Below are positions 10,595-18,358 of a DNA stretch of 64,000 nt, one piece after another. The notes under the pieces were generated by a model, which was not told the origin of the DNA, made no database searches, and worked only from the letters and a program-made list of their open reading frames with translations. Position 1 is the first letter of the stretch; every line of letters starts with the position of its first letter. A program made the position numbers and the translations under genes. Source of the DNA: Nitrosopumilus sp. (GTDB lineage: Archaea; Thermoproteota; Nitrososphaeria; Nitrososphaerales; Nitrosopumilaceae); contig OZ244651.1 in NCBI GenBank assembly GCA_965218695.1, positions 2,304,001-2,368,000 of the forward strand, written 5' to 3'.

Positions 10595-11623
10595 TTATCC
10601 GGTAATGATTATCTTCATGGCGCGATCCCCGCTGCGGGCATGATCAAATGCCTGCTGTGAATCGGAGATCCCGTACGTATGGGTGATCAACCCCCCGACA
10701 TCAATCTGTGAGGATTCGATCATCTGAAGTGCCTCTGCCGTGTCTCTGTCCGAAGCTGCATAACTTGTAACCAGCGCAATCTCCCGGGAGTAGATTCTGC
10801 CCATGTCCAGGCTTATCGTGGCGCCCTTTGATGGGACGCCAAACATCATGACGGTGCCGCCACGTCTTGTCACGCATATTGCATCCTCAAGGGCTGCAAG
10901 GCTGCTTGTTGCAACCACTGCAACATCCACGCCCTCCCCACCGGTACCGTCCATGATTATCTTCTGCCTGTCTTTGTAGGTGGCATTTATCGCCCCGGTG
11001 ACTCCGAATTTTTTTGCAAAGTCCAGTCGGAAGTCATTTACGTCAAGGCAGAATGTCCTTGAGAACTCCTTTGCCCGGGCAAGCAGCAGGTGCATCATTC
11101 CGGTTGGCCCTGCCCCAAAGACTGCAATCGAATCACCCTTCTGATAGCTGCACTTTCTCCAGGCCCGGATGCAGCATGCAAGGGGCTCAATCATCGCAGC
11201 GTCCTCAAAGCTCGTAGAATCAGACAGTTTCAGTACGCCCCCGTGCAGTACGTTCCATGCAGGCACCACGTACTCCTCGGACAGGCCGCACGGGGAGAGG
11301 TTTGTCTCGTAGTATCGGGGGCACATCGTCTCGCTTCCGTGACGGCACAGATGGCAGTCATAGCACGGCACGTGGTGGTGCGTAAACACCCGATCCCCCA
11401 CCTCAAACCCTTTTACATCAGAGCCCATCTGAGATATCACGCCGGCAGGCTCGTGGCCCAGCCGCGTTGACGGCTGCCCGTACTGCCCGTAGACCTTTTC
11501 CAGGTCGGATCCGCATATTCCACACGCGTGCATCCGGACCAGTATGTCGCCTGGACCGGGAACGGATCCCTGGACGTCATCGACAGACACCACGGACGGC
11601 TCCCTGACAGACACGCTCTTCAT
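10595..11623 (-). CDS. Zn-dependent medium-chain (sorbitol/iditol-like) dehydrogenase
   Basis: CGICGSD, GHEPAG, CxxCxxC...C structural Zn site, GAGPTG. Confidence 0.9.
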   Translation of the reverse strand: MKSVSVREPSVVSVDDVQGSVPGPGDILVRMHACGICGSDLEKVYGQYGQPSTRLGHEPAGVISQMGSDVKGFEVGDRVFTHHHVPCYDCHLCRHGSETMCPRYYETNLSPCGLSEEYVVPAWNVLHGGVLKLSDSTSFEDAAMIEPLACCIRAWRKCSYQKGDSIAVFGAGPTGMMHLLLARAKEFSRTFCLDVNDFRLDFAKKFGVTGAINATYKDRQKIIMDGTGGEGVDVAVVATSSLAALEDAICVTRRGGTVMMFGVPSKGATISLDMGRIYSREIALVTSYAASDRDTAEALQMIESSQIDVGGLITHTYGISDSQQAFDHARSGDRAMKIIITG

Positions 11624-11643
11624 CGCCGGATGTTACAGGGGAT

Positions 11644-11835
11644 GATTATAAGTAGATTATAGGGAATTATATACAAAAGTAGGCCAGCCGCCGATTGATG
11701 GCGGCAGCCTACACATGTTTCTTTCTGAAGGCAGTGAAACCCTTTGATTGGCTCTCTCATTCACGGCGATTTCCCGCATACATGCGCGGGGCGCCGCGTG
11801 TTTCTTCCTCCTAACGACGACCTTCCCGGCCGCCT
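11644..11835 (-). ncRNA. Candidate TnpB omega-RNA (scaffold plus guide)
   Basis: Overlaps tnpB 3' end as known omega-RNAs do; hairpins GCGGCC-GGGAA-GGTCGT and GTAGGC-T-GCCGCC-atcaatc-GGCGGC-TG-GCCTAC; boundaries inferred. Confidence 0.55.
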
Positions 11836-13015
11836 CCGCACAACGTGCGGCTATGTTGACAGACGCATTCTTGTCTGCGTGGTCTTCATGCCCACACTTT
11901 ACGCAGACAAACACCGACTGCGAGCGCCTGGAATTCCTGTCCGTGTTGTGGCATTCGGCGCACGTGATGCTGGTGTTGTGCGGCCTTACCCTGCAGAATT
12001 CCTTGTTGTGTTTTTCTGAAAACCATTCAATGTACGATAATACCTCGCCTATCGCGGCGTGCTTTATGACGCGGTTCAACCCGGTCTTGCCCCGGCCTTT
12101 CCTGGCCATCTGTTTTGGGTGGAGATCCTCGACTGCCATGGTTTTGGCGCCTGTAAGTTCATTCTTGACGCTCTTTTTCATGAAATCAGTCCGGCGGTTC
12201 CTGATCTTTTCGACGGCTTTTGCAATCCGTCTCCGCTCCTTCTTCCACGAATTGCCGCCTTTTTTGCGCCCGGACTGCGCGGACTTTCTCTTGTCTATGT
12301 CGTCTTTCTTGTACCGTCTGGCATTTTCAGGCAGCGTGGCAAGCACGGTGGTGTTTTTGTCCAGGTTGTGGATTGCCATCATGTTGACTGCGCCGACGTC
12401 GATCCCGACGAGGTTGCCATCGCGGCGTTCGGGTTTGGCCACATGCACCTGGACGTGCAGCTCGTACGTGCGGTCACATGGCTTGGTATCTTTGGTGATT
12501 TTTTTGGTGGTTTCTATTATTTGGAAAGATTTGATTTGGTCGCGTTCTATCGGGGTGCTTTTGGGCACGATGTTGCAGATGCCGCCGATATTCCAGGAGC
12601 CGTCTGCGCGGCCTGCCGGATGCCCGTAGCACCCGATTGCCGGCAGTCGACGTTTGGCATTATTGCTCTTCTTCCTGAACAGGCTGTCCGGGGACGTGTA
12701 TTTGCGCTTGTGTTTTGGCATCCGGCGCTTGGCGGCGTTGGATTCCAGGAATAGTTTGACTGCCTTTCGGCCGCAATCCATGGCATGTCTGTGAACATTC
12801 ACGTTGGCATCCAGCCAGCCGTGTTCTGCCCGCTTCTTTGTGAGTGTGCTGTACAGGCCGAACCTTCCCGGATTGTCCTCCAGCACCTGCCTGACGCCCT
12901 CGTTGTAACACCAGTCTGCCTGCGGCCGCGTCTCCCAAATCAGGCGGGAAATCTCCCGTGACTGGTAAAATGGAATCGTGAATGTCTGCGTCGTGTATGG
13001 GAGGTTTTGTTTCAT
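11657..13015 (-). CDS. tnpB: RNA-guided endonuclease TnpB
   Basis: RuvC-I GIDVG, RuvC-II VEDL, Zn ribbon CAEC..CVKC, RuvC-III HADKNAS; catalytic D-E-D intact. Confidence 0.92.
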   Translation of the reverse strand: MKQNLPYTTQTFTIPFYQSREISRLIWETRPQADWCYNEGVRQVLEDNPGRFGLYSTLTKKRAEHGWLDANVNVHRHAMDCGRKAVKLFLESNAAKRRMPKHKRKYTSPDSLFRKKSNNAKRRLPAIGCYGHPAGRADGSWNIGGICNIVPKSTPIERDQIKSFQIIETTKKITKDTKPCDRTYELHVQVHVAKPERRDGNLVGIDVGAVNMMAIHNLDKNTTVLATLPENARRYKKDDIDKRKSAQSGRKKGGNSWKKERRRIAKAVEKIRNRRTDFMKKSVKNELTGAKTMAVEDLHPKQMARKGRGKTGLNRVIKHAAIGEVLSYIEWFSEKHNKEFCRVRPHNTSITCAECHNTDRNSRRSQSVFVCVKCGHEDHADKNASVNIAARCAEAAGKVVVRRKKHAAPRACMREIAVNERANQRVSLPSERNMCRLPPSIGGWPTFVYNSL

Positions 13016-13258
13016 CAGGTATGGTATTGTACGGTACCGTGCGTTAAAAGGGTATCAGATGTCTTAGTTAGTTGCACAACTATGTCCAGATACGAGGCAG
13101 TTCGGCAGCAGTCACGTTCGGAATCATCCGGACTGTCTGCCGGATGCTCCAAGGATCGCCATTACACGTACCGTGCTGCCTGGCATCTCTTGGATCAATT
13201 GTGATCAGCTAAAAGATCAATTGTATTTGTTCTATATGCACAAAGATCAGTACATGCT

Positions 13259-14323
13259 GTGCGTGTGATAATGGGCAAGATGGATGCTGCAAAACCCGCC
13301 AAGCAGAAATCACGGCTACACATCACGCATGCGCAAAACGACGCAAGGTATGTGGACCGTGGAATGACGCTGTACCTCTGCGCTGATCCGGACTGGATCA
13401 ACGAGGTTGCGAGGATGAACCACAAGAAGAACGGCCGTCCGTTCGAATATGCCGAGGGCCTGTTTGAGCTGCTGGCAGGAATAAAAGCAGCATGCGGAAT
13501 TTCCTATCGCGCATGCGAGGGACTGGCAATAAAGGCACTGGAACGCGGCAACGCGCCTGACTACACCACGATATACAGGAGAATCAACGCCCTCAAAGTG
13601 GAGGATGACGGCAGCATGGTCATGGTCCACGGCAGGAAGGGGGCCCTGTGCCTGATTCCAGACGGCACCGGACTGTCGCCTACCAAGCGCAGCGAGTGGA
13701 TACGCAAAACGCACAAGGTAAAGCACGGCTTTATCAGGCTGGGAATAATGATAGACCAGGACACGCGCGAGATTCTGGCATTTAGCATTACAGACGAGCA
13801 CACCGGAGACTCTCCGCAGTTTGAGGGACTGCTTGAGGGTTCCCTGGAGAAGATTGGCATCGGAGGCACGGAATCGGAAGGGCAGGATGCGGCGGCCAGG
13901 AATCCGGACATAACGGTAAAGGCAGACGGCGGATACGACTCCCGCAAGATCTTTTCGTACTGCAAAAAGCGCGGCGTAGAGCCCCTCATACGGATACGCG
14001 GCAACTCCAACACGCGTTCGAACGGCGTGGACAGGTCCCGCACCAACGCCGTGCTGGATCAGCTTGGAGGCGGCATCACCGACCCCAAAAAGTTCGCGGC
14101 CCTGAACACGGGGAAGCGCGAGGAGAACAGGGAACAATGGAAGATTCGCGTAGGCTTTGGCAAGCGGTGGAATGTGGAGATTGTATTCTCGGCATTCAAG
14201 AGGATATTTGGTGATGCTGTTTGGGCTGCAAAGTGGAAGAACATAAAACAGGAAATCCGGATCAAGATTTGGCTGTACAACCGCATGCTGCGCGCATCAC
14301 AGGAGGCAATCGCAAGGACGTGA
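13259..14323 (+). CDS. IS5-family (IS903-like) DDE transposase
   Basis: GRPFEY, PDYTTIYRR, PDGTGL, ADGGYDS, KRWNVEIVFSAFKRIFG. Confidence 0.9.
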   Translation: MRVIMGKMDAAKPAKQKSRLHITHAQNDARYVDRGMTLYLCADPDWINEVARMNHKKNGRPFEYAEGLFELLAGIKAACGISYRACEGLAIKALERGNAPDYTTIYRRINALKVEDDGSMVMVHGRKGALCLIPDGTGLSPTKRSEWIRKTHKVKHGFIRLGIMIDQDTREILAFSITDEHTGDSPQFEGLLEGSLEKIGIGGTESEGQDAAARNPDITVKADGGYDSRKIFSYCKKRGVEPLIRIRGNSNTRSNGVDRSRTNAVLDQLGGGITDPKKFAALNTGKREENREQWKIRVGFGKRWNVEIVFSAFKRIFGDAVWAAKWKNIKQEIRIKIWLYNRMLRASQEAIART

Positions 14324-14793
14324 GGCAAGGATACGTCTTGGGCCATACTGTCTTGATCATGAAGGTGGAACTGTAGGGAGGTTGTGCAACTCCCATGTGT
14401 TACGGGTATCCAAACCCGTTGATGTCATGTGTTGGCAATGCGTCTGATCCAGTCCGATTTGGGTTGGTCGGGCTGTTTTTTAAAGATTTGTGGGCAGGTT
14501 CGACGTAAATCGGATATTTTGATCATTATTGCCCCCGATCCTGCAGAATCCGATGCAAATGTCATGGCTCGTGTGCAGGTACAGGCAGGCGTTGCGCGCG
14601 GATTTGGATGAATGGCACACAGCTACCGCTAGGAATCTCTCCGTATCCGGAGGAAAAGCAGGCCAAACTCCTACAGTCAATATCGTTTTCGGCAAGCCGG
14701 AGGGGGACAAGAGGGGGCGTTGAGCCGCCCCTCATCTGTGCAGGGGCGGCAAAACACACCCGGGGTTGTTTAATCTCCCCATGGCGCCCAGAC

Positions 14794-15861
14794 TCAGGAT
14801 TCGGCGATGCGCTTTATTCTCTGGAATTTTCGTCTGACAAAATCCCTGTCCTGGGTCCTGTACTCGGCGTCGTGTTCAAGCATCTCCCAGACCCATTCGA
14901 GCATCTGCCTGGCCACGGCAACCCTTGCCTTCATGGGCCCTATGCGGGCTGCCAGTCTCTGGTAGCGTGCCCCTATCCGGGCATCGTGCCGGACTGCGAC
15001 GAAGGCGGCCTCGACCATGGCGCGGCGCAGCCAGACAGAACCGCGCTTTGTGATGCCACCGGTCCTGACTGTCTCCCCGCTGTTGCGGTGTTTTGGCGCC
15101 AGGCCTGCATACGAGACCAGCTTTTCGGCGTTGGCGAACCTCTTGTGGTCGACTATTTCGGCAAGTATGGTTACTGCCGTGACGTATCCTATTCCGGGTA
15201 TGGTCATGATCAGTCGTGCCCGCCTGTCGCTCATCGCAATCCCGGCTATCTTTTTTTCAAATTTTGACACCTGCTTTAGTATGGTGTCGATGATGGCTAG
15301 GTGCGACTGCACCGCCATGCAGTCAACCTCCCTCAGGGGCACGTCCTGCAGCCACTCGATGCCCTGCTCCGTAAACAGCCCCCCTTTGGGCTGCTCGTGC
15401 GGGTATTTGGCCAGGATCGCGTGGATGCGGTTCTTGGGGCCTGAGGCGGACATCTTCATGCCCAGGCGGGTGCGGGTCAGTTCGCGCAGATCCCGCGCGG
15501 GCTTGTCGGCCACGAACGATTCGGGGATCATGTCCAGCCTGCACAGGTCTGCCAGCTTTTCCGAGTCGGCCTTGTCGTTTTTGTACACGGTTTCGGTTAT
15601 TATCTTCGTGTTGTGCGGGTGGGCCAGCAGGGTGTCGATGCCCGCATCCTCGAGCATGTCGTGCACGACTATCCAGTAGTTGGCCGTGGATTCGCAGACG
15701 GCCGTGGCCGGCACGTACCCTTCCTTGTGGATCATCTTGATGAATCCGGTTATTCCCCGAACGTTGTTGTCAAATTCAGTCTGCTTTAGTATGTCCTTGG
15801 TACTTCCCTTGATCGTTGTAACGCATTTCTTTTTGTGAACGTCTATTCCAACGTAATACGT
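14794..15861 (-). CDS. IS110 DEDD recombinase
   Basis: YVGIDVHK, CESTANY, KNDKADS, IPGIG, NSG motifs; most of the ORF-track N-terminal extension comes from the IS481; perfect SD precedes ACG at 15861. Confidence 0.9.
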   Translation of the reverse strand, partial: TYYVGIDVHKKKCVTTIKGSTKDILKQTEFDNNVRGITGFIKMIHKEGYVPATAVCESTANYWIVVHDMLEDAGIDTLLAHPHNTKIITETVYKNDKADSEKLADLCRLDMIPESFVADKPARDLRELTRTRLGMKMSASGPKNRIHAILAKYPHEQPKGGLFTEQGIEWLQDVPLREVDCMAVQSHLAIIDTILKQVSKFEKKIAGIAMSDRRARLIMTIPGIGYVTAVTILAEIVDHKRFANAEKLVSYAGLAPKHRNSGETVRTGGITKRGSVWLRRAMVEAAFVAVRHDARIGARYQRLAARIGPMKARVAVARQMLEWVWEMLEHDAEYRTQDRDFVRRKFQRIKRIAES

Positions 15862-15882
15862 GTTATCACCTCCTTTGCAGTG

Positions 15883-17314
15883 TGTATAGTCCCGAAAGTT
15901 GTTCACCCCCCACATGAGGCTCCGGCCCGGGGTGGACATGCCCAATGAAGGACATTATCCGCGGCATGGCATCGCGTGCAAGATTACTGGGAAATGCAGT
16001 CAGCCTGTCCCTTACCAGAAACGACGGTGTGTGGGTTTCCCGTCGGTGGAGACGCTCGGCCGTGTGGCGTCATATAGGAAGACGGAGAGTGCGAGTGATG
16101 AAAAAGCTTGACCAGTCCAAAGTCGAATGGATCATACAAGAAAAGCGCAAGAATTCCCGCAACAAAGAGATTGCAGCAAGCATGGGAGTGTCGGTCCGCT
16201 GGGTCCAAAAGCTGTGGAAGAGGTACAGGGACAAGGATCGGATCGCGTATCCTGCTCCCATGGGCAGGCCCAAAAAGTGCGCGCCCGGGAGGCGGGATCA
16301 TTCGGCGGTTTTATCGGCTGCGTCCACTGCAGTCCACGGGGCAGCGTCCCTGGAGCGCATCATAAAGTCGCTTACAGGAATACATATCCCACACAACGTC
16401 CTGCACAGGATATTGAAGGATGCCGATTTTGCAGACACCCAGCCAAGGAAGAGCCAGCGCCGCAAGTGGATCCGCTACGAGCGCGAGCACTCCAACTCGA
16501 TGTGGCACACAGACTACAAACAGCTTGACGACGGCAGGTGGTTCCTGTGCTATGAAGACGACGCCTCGCGCTTCGTGACCGGATTTGGGGTATTTGAGGA
16601 GGCGACAACCGAAAACGCCCTGAAGGTGCTCGACGAGGCCATAAAAAATTACGGCAAGCCCGCATCGATCCTGACTGACCGCGGCGCCCAGTTCTATGCC
16701 ACGGAATCCGAGGTCAAGAAGAAGGGAGCCTCCAGGTTCGAGCAGAGGCTAGTCGAGCTTGGAATCAGGCACATACTGGCGCGCGTGCGGCACCCCCAAA
16801 CCAACGGCAAGCTGGAGCGCCTGCACGGGGAGATGCAGCGCAAGCTGCGCCGGTTCGAGGCGGCATCTTCTGCCAAGACCAGGCGCGGCGCCTCAGGGGA
16901 TTCCCACGTTGGAGGGCCGTTTTGCACCGCGCCAGCAAAGGATCCCGTGGAGCGGTTCATGGAGTGGTACAACCACGACCGGCCGCACATGTCCCTTGAC
17001 TGGGACAACCTCGAGACCCCGGCGCAGGCATTCGAAAGAAAGATGCCCCCTGCAGGAGAGATGGTAGTGGACGGCCAGACCGGTGAGGAATACCGCGCAG
17101 AATAGCTGTCCGGCACGACGTCACAACCGCGCCCCATCCTGGGGGATGTTGCGCACAATTTTTTGAAAGTCGCCATGCGTGGAGTGGAAATGACAAAAAT
17201 TCATGATTCCGGACGCAGGATCCAACACAAGACAATTATGCAACAGCCGGCAACATCAAACATGGAAGTACCTCCAAGTCTTGGAGGGGGGCGAACTACT
17301 TTCGGGATCCCACA
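15883..17314 (+). mobile_element. IS481-family element copy 1 (1432 bp)
   Basis: Ends TGTATAGTCCCGAAAGT / ACTTTCGGGATCCCACA; 15-bp TSD ACCTCCTTTGCAGTG. Confidence 0.93.
16098..17105 (+). CDS. IS481-family transposase (rve integrase core)
   Basis: HTH plus WHTDYK, DDASR, LTDRGAQF, PQTNGKLER, YNHDRPH; likely start MKKLDQ. Confidence 0.9.
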   Translation: MKKLDQSKVEWIIQEKRKNSRNKEIAASMGVSVRWVQKLWKRYRDKDRIAYPAPMGRPKKCAPGRRDHSAVLSAASTAVHGAASLERIIKSLTGIHIPHNVLHRILKDADFADTQPRKSQRRKWIRYEREHSNSMWHTDYKQLDDGRWFLCYEDDASRFVTGFGVFEEATTENALKVLDEAIKNYGKPASILTDRGAQFYATESEVKKKGASRFEQRLVELGIRHILARVRHPQTNGKLERLHGEMQRKLRRFEAASSAKTRRGASGDSHVGGPFCTAPAKDPVERFMEWYNHDRPHMSLDWDNLETPAQAFERKMPPAGEMVVDGQTGEEYRAE

Positions 17315-17325
17315 ACCTCCTTTGC

Positions 17326-17499
17326 AGTGTATCGGACCCGACCAGCGGAAAACTCCCATTCACCGTCAAAGCGGTATTTGACCATCCGCATACCTTGAGT
17401 CACTCTAACTAACGCCCTCATACGTGGCAAGTTGCACTCGACTCTCAGGTCCAACAGGGTAAATGCCATGATCGCCGCTATAACGGCAACACATGGCGT
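17326..17499 (-). ncRNA. Candidate IS110 bridge RNA
   Basis: 5' hairpin, 12-bp closing stem with G-U pairs, loop carrying GTGCAACT and TTAGTTAG (match target), second loop with ATGGGAG (matches donor). Confidence 0.75.
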
Positions 17500-17536
17500 C
17501 TAACTAAGATGTCTACTTTTGTATATAATTCCCAGA

Positions 17537-17830
17537 TTATACGCCAAGGATCTTCTTGAGCATGGCCCGATAGTCCACGTCGCTCTTTCCGCTTCCCGCA
17601 GCGGGCAGCGCAAAGACCAGGGCGGATTTTTCCGTACGGAGCTCGGTCAGCTCGTCGCTGATCTTTTCTGTAATGTCGTCGCTGACCAGTACCAGCGCGA
17701 CGTCCGGGTCGTCAGTAAGCCTCCTGATCTCCCCGAGGGCAGTATCGGGGGTTTTGGTGATTACCCCGGGCACTCCTGCCAGCTGAAAACTGGTTACAAA
17801 CGACTTGCTGCCCACTGTCAGAACCCTCAC
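17537..17830 (-). CDS. atpF: A/V-type ATP synthase subunit F
   Basis: VGSKSFVTSFQLAGV...DYRAMLKKILGV; GTG start at 17830 inferred; stop codon lies within the TSD. Confidence 0.85.
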   Translation of the reverse strand: MRVLTVGSKSFVTSFQLAGVPGVITKTPDTALGEIRRLTDDPDVALVLVSDDITEKISDELTELRTEKSALVFALPAAGSGKSDVDYRAMLKKILGV

Positions 17831-18358
17831 GACTCCCACTCCTGTGCGTTCTAATTTAACCCTTTTTGGACTCGCGCCGACCCCGAAGGCTGCCATGCGC
17901 CTTCTCGTCCAGCCACGCGCCGGATGGAATCGCACCTTCTTGCGCGCACAGACTTTGGGTTCCAAGCGCGGCGGCTGCCGCCGGATCCGGCCTGCGGCTT
18001 AGTGCCAAGATGCAGGCAGCACGCAAAGATTGGTTAGGCCCCGTAGGACTGCATGCATCCGACGGTGCCGGCGGCGATCCGTCCAAAACCGCAAGGATCT
18101 GCCCCGCTGCCAGAAAAACCACGAGGGCCTGAATGCCGAACGAATCCCAAGGAGGAAGGGAATGCGGCGGGCATTCCTGCCGCGTATGATGAATCAGGGC
18201 AGTTGCCTCACCCGCAACAAAGGGATCGAATCCCACTTGCGAATTTCACGAGTTTCCCCGTTTTCGCTTTTGAAGCCTGACGGCCGTGCGGCAACCGAGG
18301 TCTGCCCGTAGATATAGGGACGGGGTGACTAATAGGTTTTTCATTCGGGAGGATGCGA

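Larger units (their letters stand above)
14392..17501 (-). mobile_element. IS110-family element (interrupted by IS481)
   Basis: CT core at both junctions (14390-14391, 17500-17501); sub-terminal IR CCATGTGTT/AACACATGG; excision restores the IS5 TIR. Confidence 0.85.
13065..17506 (+). mobile_element. IS5-family element (right TIR split by IS110)
   Basis: Left TIR TAGTTAGTTGCACAAC (13065-13080); right TIR rebuilt from 14381-14391 plus 17502-17506 is a perfect match; TSD AGATGTCT (13057-13064 / 17507-17514). Confidence 0.88.
11662..17533 (-). mobile_element. TnpB-only cassette with 21-bp TIRs and 8-bp TSD (about 1.42 kb once nested elements are removed)
   Basis: Perfect TIR GGGAATTATATACAAAAGTAG (11662-11682 / 17513-17533); TSD AGATTATA (11654-11661 / 17534-17541). 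Confidence 0.88.

Noticed and set aside
15862-15945. N-terminal extension of the IS110 recombinase
   Set aside because: Mostly IS481 sequence read on its opposite strand, so not native.
13065-17506. A separate unknown element with TAGTTAG...CCATGTGTT ends
   Set aside because: Resolved as the IS5 TIR split by IS110; CCATGTGTT is the IS110 sub-terminal repeat.
17513-17533. 21-bp match read as a distant target of the TnpB guide
   Set aside because: The two copies are inverted and flanked by an 8-bp direct repeat, so they are better explained as TIRs.
17860-18340. Possible RNase P/SRP RNA or gene in the GC-rich spacer (similar spacers at 8150-8590, 9830-10590, 27930-28370, 43480-43720)
   Set aside because: No RNase P, SRP or tRNA signatures and no credible protein; possibly decayed mobile DNA, but I cannot support that.
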